DNA of 64,000 nt. It comes from Bythopirellula sp. (GTDB lineage Bacteria; Planctomycetota; Planctomycetia; Pirellulales; Lacipirellulaceae). Under the pieces are notes generated by a model. That model did not search any database, was not told the DNA's origin, and saw only the letters and a program-made list of their open reading frames with translations. How positions within the stretch are numbered: the stretch's first letter is position 1; every line of letters starts with the position of its first letter. The stretch covers positions 672,001 to 736,000 of the forward strand of contig OZ244170.1 in NCBI GenBank assembly GCA_965216565.1, given 5' to 3'. Of the stretch, positions 51,702 to 60,137 are shown in pieces. Both the position numbers and the translations under genes were made by a program.

Positions 51702-51733
51702 TCGGCCCTGCTCCGGGGCAGGGGTAGGGCTGA
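51702..51733 (+). terminator. Stem-loop after PEP-CTERM gene (terminator or mRNA stabiliser)
   Basis: TCGGCCCTGCTCC/GGGGTAGGGCTGA, a 13-bp stem with G.U pairs that form only on the + strand RNA. Confidence 0.55.
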
Positions 51734-51828
51734 GAAAAAGTTTTTGTGTTTAGTGTTTTGAGTAGAATTGACTGGGGGCTTTTGCCTTTTCAACTATTTT
51801 TTGTTTCTTTTTGAGGGAGACGAGTCTA

Positions 51829-52566
51829 ATGAATTACATGACAAAATTCTTAGCGGCATTGGCTATCTTGGCCATGGCCACCAACGCCCAAGCGGTCAGT
51901 ATCATTGGTGGATCGCTGGGCAACGGTGATTTCAACGCTGGTGGTGGTGGTACTGCAGGTGGAGCTCAAACCTACAACCAAACAGTAAATTGGTTCAACG
52001 CGCAGGGCACGGCTGCTGACGATGACATCAACTTTACTAACTCATCGCAAATGGGTGGCAGCACCGATCCCGATAACGGGACGACTACACGAGGTGGAAT
52101 GCCTTTCCAAAATCGAGTCCAAATCAATGACACTGGCTACACGATCGGAGCCGCGGGTGAGGTATTTAGCTTGAGTTATGATTTCGGAGCTGGTGGTGGT
52201 CCCGCTTCTTGGAACGGTGGTGGTGACGAAACGATGCGGACTTTCTTGTTCACTTCGACCACCCCGATCGACCCTAACACGGTCGAAGCCGATATGACTG
52301 AACTCGGTGGCGACGACTACGACATCGATCGAGCCAACGATGGTCAATGGACGACTCGTTCCGTACCAGTCTTCTACACCTCGACACTCGCCGATGTTGG
52401 TAGCACTGTGTACTTCGGAATGGAGTTCCTAAACGATTCCGGGAACCTGCTTTTCCCACGCATCGACGTTGTCCAACTAGATGTAACACCAATTCCCGAG
52501 CCATCCAGTCTGGCTTTGCTGGGAACGATAGTTGCCGCGGGACTATCCGTGAGACGTCGACGCTAG
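51829..52566 (+). CDS. Surface protein: unknown module alone + PEP-CTERM
   Basis: GAGGGAGA RBS, signal peptide, one copy of the shared module, 'IPEPSSLALLGTIVAAGLSVRRRR'. Confidence 0.88.
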   Translation: MNYMTKFLAALAILAMATNAQAVSIIGGSLGNGDFNAGGGGTAGGAQTYNQTVNWFNAQGTAADDDINFTNSSQMGGSTDPDNGTTTRGGMPFQNRVQINDTGYTIGAAGEVFSLSYDFGAGGGPASWNGGGDETMRTFLFTSTTPIDPNTVEADMTELGGDDYDIDRANDGQWTTRSVPVFYTSTLADVGSTVYFGMEFLNDSGNLLFPRIDVVQLDVTPIPEPSSLALLGTIVAAGLSVRRRR

Positions 52567-52605
52567 CCTGAAGAGATTCTCTCTCTGTTTTTGTTGATCT
52601 ACATT

Positions 52606-52635
52606 GGATCGCCCCGCGATTGAGCGGGGCGGTCC
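52606..52635 (+). terminator. GC-rich stem-loop, probable intrinsic terminator
   Basis: GGATCGCCCCGC-GATTGA-GCGGGGCGGTCC followed by TTGTT. Confidence 0.6.
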
Positions 52636-52916
52636 TTGTTGATCTAAAACGGCACAGTGCCGGCATGCCTTAGCGGTTTGCCAGTTGTTGCTTGTTGTGG
52701 AATCTTTGCGCAATCACTGTCTGTGAACTTTGTTACGTGCAATCTTGTTAAGTTGCATTCGCTGCGCTCATCGAGCGCGTTAGAAACATCTGGTAAGGAG
52801 TTTTGTGACTCATTAAGTCAAATTTAGGGATCAATTTTGAACTAAGCCAAACACTAGCCTGAGAGCAAATCGGAACTTGTCGTTTGGTTGCAAACATTCA
52901 AGCAGGAGTCATACCG

Positions 52917-54542
52917 ATGAAACGTTGCAAGTGGTCAGCTCTATTAGCGATCCTTCTCATGTTGTCGACCAGTCGTGTGCAGGCAATAGAGACCTTTATT
53001 CTTGGAGACGGTTTCGGTGTGAATGGAATCGCATCGTCTGGGAATGGGAACTTCGAGGCAAACTCGGGAACGCTTTCGTTCGCTGATGTCACAAATTGGC
53101 ACAATATCAGTGGCGACGACTCGGCCGTGAATTTTGGCACCAGCTCAGGCATGGTCGGTAGCCCGGAGCCTTCTTCCCAGGGCGCATTCCTTACGGATGC
53201 CAAAGCTGGAAACGACTTTGGTTACACTATTCTTGCAGGTGATGTGGGTGTTCCGTTCAACGCTCGCCTGGCTTTGCATCGATTTGGCGGAGGATATAGC
53301 GGCAGTGAATTTGTGGAAGTGTCTCTTTTTACGTCTACCACCGGTGTCGACCCGAATACTGTGGCCGGTGATCTTACCACACTTGGTTCAGTGAACATCC
53401 CGATTACTGGCAGTTGGGTTCGAGAAGAGAGACTCAACTTTTACTCACCATCGCTCGCTGACGTGGGAAAAACGGTCTATCTAGGAATAGACTTGGAAGA
53501 TCCAAACGGAGTCGGATCAATTTTTCCACGTATTGATGTTGTTCGACTCTCGAAGGGCGCCGCTGATTCATTCGGCTTGCAATTCAACGCGGCTCTAAAT
53601 CCGGTGAATGGTACTGGACTGTGGGAGCCCAATATTGACACCGCCGCCGGAGGCGCATTTTTCCCAACCGAGTTCTTTACCTTTGGCTCCACCACAAGCT
53701 CTGTCGCTGTAAACGATCCTAGCGTTCCGGGTATCACAGCAAGTTACGATGTTGGTGCTCAAGGTCGACAATTCTTCGATCCGAACACAGGTTCCAACGC
53801 CAATGCCCCAGGCTACCAGGGTGGGTTCGATGCCTCGTTCGAAGTCTGGTTTAAACCGGATGATCTCGCTGGTGGCGATCAAATCATTCTCGAAATGGGT
53901 GGTAGTGGAAACGGTTCGTACTTTAGTCTGGAAGATGACGTCCTTTCGTTCTATTCGCGAAGTGGTGGCGTCAATGGTCCGACGCTGCAAACGACGCTCA
54001 CGACGGCAGAGTGGACTCAAGTGGTTGGCACCTGGGAAGGTTCCACCGAGACGCTTCAACTTTTCGTCAATGGTCAGTTTGTTACCAGTGCCGTTGCAGC
54101 CGGAGACCTAGTCGAATGGGCTGGTGGCAACGCCTGGGGCGTAGGCCAGATTGGCTCATCCGATAATCTGACTGGGCTAGACGACATTGCCACCGGTGGG
54201 CCCTTGGGTTCCGAAACGTCTGCCAACGACTTTGTGTTCGATGGTGAGATTGCCATCATCGAGTTGTATGACAAAGTTTTAAGCGCCTCGGAAGTGACCG
54301 ACGCTTACAACGCGGTTACCGGAATTGCCGGTGACTTCGACAACAGCGGCGTTGTCGATGGCCTCGACTTCCTCCTGTGGCAGACAGACACCAGCATTGG
54401 CGATTTGGCCGATTGGGAAGCCAACTATGGTACCGGCGGACTATCGGCGGCGGGCACGGCAGTACCTGAGCCTAGTGCACTCGCTTTGTTGATCCCACTG
54501 CTATGTGGTGCTGCCCTCCGACGAACTCGCGTCAGCGCATAG
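52917..54542 (+). CDS. Surface protein: divergent unknown module + LamG-like + dockerin-like + PEP-CTERM
   Basis: AGGAG RBS before ATG 52917, signal peptide, 'GNGNFE...FPRIDVV', 'SFEVWFKP', 'GDFDNSGVVDGLDFLLWQ', 'VPEPS'. Confidence 0.85.
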   Translation: MKRCKWSALLAILLMLSTSRVQAIETFILGDGFGVNGIASSGNGNFEANSGTLSFADVTNWHNISGDDSAVNFGTSSGMVGSPEPSSQGAFLTDAKAGNDFGYTILAGDVGVPFNARLALHRFGGGYSGSEFVEVSLFTSTTGVDPNTVAGDLTTLGSVNIPITGSWVREERLNFYSPSLADVGKTVYLGIDLEDPNGVGSIFPRIDVVRLSKGAADSFGLQFNAALNPVNGTGLWEPNIDTAAGGAFFPTEFFTFGSTTSSVAVNDPSVPGITASYDVGAQGRQFFDPNTGSNANAPGYQGGFDASFEVWFKPDDLAGGDQIILEMGGSGNGSYFSLEDDVLSFYSRSGGVNGPTLQTTLTTAEWTQVVGTWEGSTETLQLFVNGQFVTSAVAAGDLVEWAGGNAWGVGQIGSSDNLTGLDDIATGGPLGSETSANDFVFDGEIAIIELYDKVLSASEVTDAYNAVTGIAGDFDNSGVVDGLDFLLWQTDTSIGDLADWEANYGTGGLSAAGTAVPEPSALALLIPLLCGAALRRTRVSA

Positions 54543-54581
54543 CACTTTTTGCCACTTGGCATCATTGTTGATAGGTTATTC

Positions 54582-54613
54582 GGGGCCACTCCGTGTATTC
54601 ACGGGGTGGCCCC
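54582..54613 (+). terminator. Intergenic stem-loop
   Basis: GGGGCCACTCCGTG-TATT-CACGGGGTGGCCCC, a 14-bp stem with one U.G pair. Confidence 0.6.
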
Positions 54614-54658
54614 CCTATTTGAGTGTAGGGACTGTACTTGAACAGAGACGAAACTGTC

Positions 54659-57307
54659 ATGCAACTTCAATTCAAGGCTGCTCTGTGCACCGTATTTGTT
54701 CTGGCCACCTTTGCTACGAGTTTACAGGACATCGCACACTCTTCTCCGAACGTTATCGTCATCATCACCGACGACGCAGGTTATGCCGACTTCGGATTCA
54801 TGAACGGCCTCAGCGGCGAGACTTCTGAGATTCCGACGCCAAACCTCGATGCCCTGGCAGCCAGAGGCGTAAAATTCTCCCGGGCCTATGTTGCCGCTAA
54901 TTGCCAACCCACCCGAGCAGCGATCGTCACCGGTGGCTATCAACAACGTATCGGCAACGAGAGCGTGGGAAACAATCTCACTTATGCGGTGGATGACGCC
55001 CAGATTGCGACTCGCGGTTTCGAAGGTGTTCCCGTCGAGACCGACACGATTTGGGACCGCATGAAGGGACTTGGATATTCAACAGGAGCCATTGGAAAGT
55101 GGCACCTTGGTCAGCACGCGGATTCAGCCAATGGCCAGGTGCTGGGTAATCGTCCCCAGAATCAAGGCGTGGACGAGTTCTACGGTTTTTGGCACGGAGA
55201 CCGAAACTACAAATTGGGCACCTACGGGGCTAGCCAGGTAACTCGTTCGCTTCGTGAAACAATAGTCGATCCGAATGGCAACGTCACAGATACGGTTGTC
55301 GAGCACGCCCCGAAGCATACCCAGCCAAGCGATGCATACTTGACCGAGGCTCTGGGAGATTACGCAGTCGACTTTATCGATGACCATCACGATGACGCGA
55401 ACCCATTCTTCCTCTACCAATCATTCGGTGCTCCTCACAAGGTTTGGACTGAATCGCCGGATTACAATGACCCGGCAATCACTCACTTATCCGATCCACG
55501 CCGGAAAGTCGCATCGATGATGATCACGATGGACAAGCAAGTAGGCAGAATCCTCGACAAGTTAGACGACCCCGACGGCGATCCAAACACCAGCGACGGC
55601 ATTGCCGACGACACCTTGGTAGTCTTTATCAATGACAACGGCGGGGTTAACAATAACCCACCGGGGACGGATAACGGAGTCTTGAATCGTTGGAAAGGAT
55701 CTCCGCTGGAGGGTGGAATTCGAGTCCCGATGATTGTGGCCGGCGCAGGCGTCAACGCGGGAGTCGAAGGGACTACCTACACTAAGCCTGTTCACGGCAT
55801 CGACATTCTACCGACGGCATTTGCCGCGGCCGGGGGAACTTTTGGTCCCGCAGAAGACAAAATCGATGGCGTAGACATATTGCCTTTTATCAATGGCACT
55901 GACACTTCCAGTCCCCACGATGTTCTAGTCCATCGCTGGCGAGGAAATTTTGCGGTAGTGAAGGGCGACTGGAAACTCGTCAATAGAAAGAACCATAAGT
56001 CGAATCCGAATCAATATGAACTCTACAACGTTACCAATGATATTGGAGAAACGAATGACGTCATCGGGAATGCAACTCATTCAGCATTGGTTGCTGAGTT
56101 GAAGCGTGATTTGACCAACCACGAGGCGTTTTTTGACAAGCCTCGTTATGCAATCCTCAATCGGACTCCAGAGACAGAACCGCTGAACTTGTTCGACCAT
56201 TTCGTCTTTCGTCCTGGCGTCCATACGGATTGGTCTGGCGGTGCTGAGGATGGTGATCTCGAAACCGATCCGGGAGTTTCAACCAATTGGTTTGAAGCGG
56301 GCACTACGAATCAGAATTTACTTTTTCGTTCAGACTCCTTCGCTGGCGCAGTGCTGGAATTCCCCACACATAGCAGCAACTACACAGCAAATAACGACAT
56401 GGTGCGGAAGACTGGCCTAGAATTCATGCTGAACAAAATCATTCTCAGCGGCACGTTCAACAGTGGGTCGAATCGTTCGGCTACGATCCAGGGCAACAAT
56501 CTCTTGTTCACCAACGATCTGAGTGGCGTTGGCCCTCAATTCGCAGTAGATGCCACCGACACTGGTGGCGGTACCTTTACCTACGATATTGACCTGAACC
56601 TGATCATGTACGACGACCTCACATTCACCGGTGATGGCGACGTAACGGTCAATGTCAACGGCGTGGTCAGCAGTTACTTTGATCCCAGCGGACTCATCAA
56701 AGACGGCACCAGCACTGTTGCTCTAACCGCCAACAACACCTACACCGGCGATACCACGGTGCTGGACGGCACGCTTTCTCTCCAGAACGACTTCCTAGCA
56801 GACTTGGCCGATGTGTTTCTCACCACAGGCGGATTTTTGAACTTGGACTTTATTGGGACCGACACTATCGATTCGCTATTTATCGATGGCTCCACCCAAG
56901 CGGTGGGAACCTGGGGAGCCATTGGCTCGGGAGCGGATAACGAGACGAGTCTTATCACCGGTTCGGGGCTCTTGATGGTTTCGACCCTGGCTGGATTGGC
57001 AGGTGATTTTGACGGCAACGGACGCGTCGACGGTTTGGACTTCCTCAAATGGCAGACTGATGGCCTGTCGGCCAGTGATCTGGCCGATTGGGAAGCTAAC
57101 TACGGGATGGTTGCACCTAACACTGCCAACGTGACCACCGTGCCTGAACCAGCGAGCTGGGCGATTCTAGCTATTGCCGCCTGCCTCTTGGGATATGTTC
57201 GGTCTAGGCCTCTCGAATGCAAACTTAGGCCATTTTCCGTATCGACGCATTCACAATCATACCCAGGAAAGCTCACGTCTAGATTGCAAGAGCCTCCTCA
57301 AGTGTAA
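54659..57307 (+). CDS. Surface S1 sulfatase + autotransporter-associated beta-strand repeat + dockerin-like + PEP-CTERM (paralog of 46522)
   Basis: 'DDAGYADFGFMNG', 'CQPTRA', C-terminal region nearly identical to 46522-49635, 'VPEPASW'. Confidence 0.9.
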   Translation: MQLQFKAALCTVFVLATFATSLQDIAHSSPNVIVIITDDAGYADFGFMNGLSGETSEIPTPNLDALAARGVKFSRAYVAANCQPTRAAIVTGGYQQRIGNESVGNNLTYAVDDAQIATRGFEGVPVETDTIWDRMKGLGYSTGAIGKWHLGQHADSANGQVLGNRPQNQGVDEFYGFWHGDRNYKLGTYGASQVTRSLRETIVDPNGNVTDTVVEHAPKHTQPSDAYLTEALGDYAVDFIDDHHDDANPFFLYQSFGAPHKVWTESPDYNDPAITHLSDPRRKVASMMITMDKQVGRILDKLDDPDGDPNTSDGIADDTLVVFINDNGGVNNNPPGTDNGVLNRWKGSPLEGGIRVPMIVAGAGVNAGVEGTTYTKPVHGIDILPTAFAAAGGTFGPAEDKIDGVDILPFINGTDTSSPHDVLVHRWRGNFAVVKGDWKLVNRKNHKSNPNQYELYNVTNDIGETNDVIGNATHSALVAELKRDLTNHEAFFDKPRYAILNRTPETEPLNLFDHFVFRPGVHTDWSGGAEDGDLETDPGVSTNWFEAGTTNQNLLFRSDSFAGAVLEFPTHSSNYTANNDMVRKTGLEFMLNKIILSGTFNSGSNRSATIQGNNLLFTNDLSGVGPQFAVDATDTGGGTFTYDIDLNLIMYDDLTFTGDGDVTVNVNGVVSSYFDPSGLIKDGTSTVALTANNTYTGDTTVLDGTLSLQNDFLADLADVFLTTGGFLNLDFIGTDTIDSLFIDGSTQAVGTWGAIGSGADNETSLITGSGLLMVSTLAGLAGDFDGNGRVDGLDFLKWQTDGLSASDLADWEANYGMVAPNTANVTTVPEPASWAILAIAACLLGYVRSRPLECKLRPFSVSTHSQSYPGKLTSRLQEPPQV
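57050..57150 (+). repeat. 101-bp direct repeat, copy 1 (dockerin-like/PEP-CTERM linker)
   Basis: Matches 58291-58391 with 2 mismatches (compared by eye). Confidence 0.9.
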
Positions 57308-57321
57308 ATAAGGACTGATCA

Positions 57322-58464
57322 ATGGAACGGCCCCGGATGGCTTTGCCAATTTGTCTTGCTTCGCATGCAATCTTGACGTGCGCAATATCCGCGAATGCTC
57401 AGGACTGGTCTAGTTATTCTGTTCCAGCAAGCGCGGGAACGGGTCAGCATTGGGTACTAGATCCGAATCTGTCTGACGAATTCAACTACGACAGTGCAAC
57501 TCCCGCAGGCCAATCTGAATTCTTCGCTAACTGGCAGGACTGGAAGCCGAACTTCTTTCTCGGTCCCGGAGCGACATACTTTTCGCAGGAGAATTGGTTT
57601 GTGGATAGTGGTGCTATGACCATTTTTGGTTCTCGAGTTCCTCTGGAAGATCAGATCGTCAATACCTCCGATCCCAATTTCACTCGCACCACCTATACCA
57701 GCTTTATCACCTCCAAAGCCAAGCTCCAACCTGGAAGTTACACCGAGGCCATGATCAAGGGAGGTGGCACTGCCTTGTCGACAAATTTTTGGTTGATCGA
57801 CGACGGGGATGTTACTGAAATTGATGTTCTTGAGATCTACGGAGATACCGATTGGTTTCGTAAGCGGCCAAGAACGAATGCGATCTTTCAGATACGTGAT
57901 CAGAACGGAAATCTGATCCAGAAAATTGGGAGTCAGATGACTCATCCCAACAATGATATCAACTACTCACAAACCTGGCACCGCTATGGGGTTTACTGGG
58001 CCAGTACGACAGATCTTGAGTTTTATATCGATGGCAATCTAGTTCGAACCATCAATCTTCCGAGCGAAGTTGTCGACCCTACCGGGAACTACATGAACAG
58101 AGATCTGCGTCTTATCTTCGATATGGAAGCTCATGCTTGGCGCGGAGCAGCGGGAATTCCTTCTGACGCGGAATTGAATGACTGGAGTATCAACAATATG
58201 CAAATCGATTGGGTCCGCACTTATCGTGCTGCAGAACTAAGCGGCGATTTCGACTCTGACGGACGAGTCGATGGCTTGGATTTTCTCAAGTGGCAGACTG
58301 ATGGCCTGTCGGCCAGTGATCTGGCCGATTGGGAAGCTAACTACGGTATGGTTGCACCTAGCACTGCCAACGTGACCACCGTGCCTGAACCGTCCACATT
58401 GGTACTAATCACTCTTTCACTTGGCCTGATTCGGCGACAATCCAATAGAAACAGAAACGTGTAA
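57322..58464 (+). CDS. Surface GH16 (beta-agarase/porphyranase-like) + dockerin-like + PEP-CTERM
   Basis: 'QDWSSYSVPASAG...SDEFNY', 'GPGAT', catalytic 'EIDVLE', 'HRYGVYW', 'IDWVRTY', 'VPEPST'. Confidence 0.85.
   Translation: MERPRMALPICLASHAILTCAISANAQDWSSYSVPASAGTGQHWVLDPNLSDEFNYDSATPAGQSEFFANWQDWKPNFFLGPGATYFSQENWFVDSGAMTIFGSRVPLEDQIVNTSDPNFTRTTYTSFITSKAKLQPGSYTEAMIKGGGTALSTNFWLIDDGDVTEIDVLEIYGDTDWFRKRPRTNAIFQIRDQNGNLIQKIGSQMTHPNNDINYSQTWHRYGVYWASTTDLEFYIDGNLVRTINLPSEVVDPTGNYMNRDLRLIFDMEAHAWRGAAGIPSDAELNDWSINNMQIDWVRTYRAAELSGDFDSDGRVDGLDFLKWQTDGLSASDLADWEANYGMVAPSTANVTTVPEPSTLVLITLSLGLIRRQSNRNRNV
58291..58391 (+). repeat. 101-bp direct repeat, copy 2
   Basis: Matches 57050-57150 with 2 mismatches. 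Confidence 0.9.
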
Positions 58465-58511
58465 GCGACGTAATCCAAAGCATTTGGTAAATTAGAAGAT
58501 GAGATCGACCT

Positions 58512-59564
58512 ATGAATAAGACTAGCTCCAACACGCTCTCGATCATCTGCAATGGTCGCCTTTTGCGGAAGGCTTTCACGCTTGTAGAACTCCTGGTTGT
58601 GATTGCAATTATTGGAGTTCTAATTGCTCTGCTACTTCCCGCTATTCAGTCAGCCCGCGAGTCGGCCCGGCGGATGCAGTGCATCAACAACCTTAAGCAG
58701 GTACTTTTAGCGACCCTTAACTATGAATCGGCCCGTGAAGAACTCCCGAGAGGCTCCCTCCTCATTGAAGAAAACAGTACCGGCGGCTTCGATCGAGTTG
58801 AGCAGCCAGGTGTTTTGGCTACCATACTCCCTTACGCTGAAAACTCGGCGTTGCACGGCCTTGTCGACTTCAACAAGAGCACCAACCAGTTGATACCTGG
58901 AACCACTCAAAATGTTGGCTCGATTGAGGTGGGAATGTACACCTGTCCCAGTGACCCAACAGAGCGAGTTGCGGAAAACCCAAACGCTACCGGCAGTGCC
59001 GTGGGGCTATTGTGGGCTATGACGAGTTACGCCGCGTCCAACGGTTCAGGAAGACTAGCCGACAACTCCGGTTGTTCATGTAACAAGCAACTCGAGTGGA
59101 ATGCATTCGCAGAATATCCCAAAAACCCAAACTTGAACGTAGTCAACGATTTCAAAAAACTCGATGAATACAGCGGACCATTTTCCAGGTTTGCCTTCCC
59201 GACCAAGCTGCGTCAGATAACCGATGGGACCTCGAATACAATATTCTTCGGAGAAGTCCGTCCCGACTGCTCCAATCATGTCCGCCGTGGATGGTTTCAC
59301 ACAAATAACGGCAGCGGTTTGGTAAGTACCATCGTTCCAATCAATTGGGATAGTTGCCAACTAGAAAGCAGTAGCGCTGATGGCTGTAACAAGCCGTGCA
59401 ACTTCAATTCTGAATTAGGCTTTAAATCGCTTCATCCTGGTGGTGCAAACTTCGGATTGGGGGATGGAAGTGCACATTTCATCTCCGAGAGCATTGATAC
59501 TTGGGCCTTTCAGTATTTAGGTGGTAAAGCGGATGGCCAAATTATTGTTGGCCATGAGTTTTAA
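58512..59564 (+). CDS. DUF1559 prepilin-type N-terminal / H-X9-DG protein
   Basis: 'AFTLVELLVVIAIIGVLIALLLPAIQSARESARR', 'CPSD', 'DGTSNT...GE', 'HPGGANFGLGDGS'. Confidence 0.93.
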   Translation: MNKTSSNTLSIICNGRLLRKAFTLVELLVVIAIIGVLIALLLPAIQSARESARRMQCINNLKQVLLATLNYESAREELPRGSLLIEENSTGGFDRVEQPGVLATILPYAENSALHGLVDFNKSTNQLIPGTTQNVGSIEVGMYTCPSDPTERVAENPNATGSAVGLLWAMTSYAASNGSGRLADNSGCSCNKQLEWNAFAEYPKNPNLNVVNDFKKLDEYSGPFSRFAFPTKLRQITDGTSNTIFFGEVRPDCSNHVRRGWFHTNNGSGLVSTIVPINWDSCQLESSSADGCNKPCNFNSELGFKSLHPGGANFGLGDGSAHFISESIDTWAFQYLGGKADGQIIVGHEF

Positions 59565-59590
59565 ATAGCGCGTGATTCTCGGCTGATTCT

Positions 59591-59617
59591 AAAAACTCCT
59601 GAGCTGGTTGAGTTTTT
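59591..59617 (+). terminator. Possible terminator hairpin after the last island gene
   Basis: AAAAACTC-N11-GAGTTTTT inverted repeat 27 nt after the stop codon. Confidence 0.4.
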
Positions 59618-59973
59618 GGAAGACGTACGCACCTTGGCTCAGGCCGTTTCACAATCTACGGCCACCCCGTCAGTCTGAGTTAACCGAAACGTTTCCAGCA
59701 CATGTTCTCTGTGCCTGGATCGGGAACTCCTGAACAGTGGCCGAGTAGCACTACCTGCAAGTTACGATGATCATTTCACGCAGACAATCGGTGTCAGGTG
59801 CGATGCATATTCCTTGCATCAGTCAGAAGTATCACTGAGTAGGGAGCCACGAACAGAGAACAGGCGAGATGATGCGCCATCGTAAGAAATAGAAGTAACC
59901 TGCTTCACCTCAGGAGTATGCGACTCCCTGCGAAGAATCGCCAACTGAAGACAAAAAATCTCCAACGGGCAGA

Positions 59974-60049
<76 letters not shown>

Positions 60050-60137
60050 AAACTCTGATAGAATAAGAATGTTAGCCCTGAACTAGGGCCATTGTCAATG
60101 CGGGAGTGGGCCCAAAAAGCGAGGAGCTGTCGAGAAC

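Noticed and set aside
49420..58340. True cellulosome (dockerin-cohesin) assembly
   Set aside because: The motifs are short dockerin-like EF-hand tails common before PEP-CTERM in this lineage, and no cohesin scaffoldin is visible.
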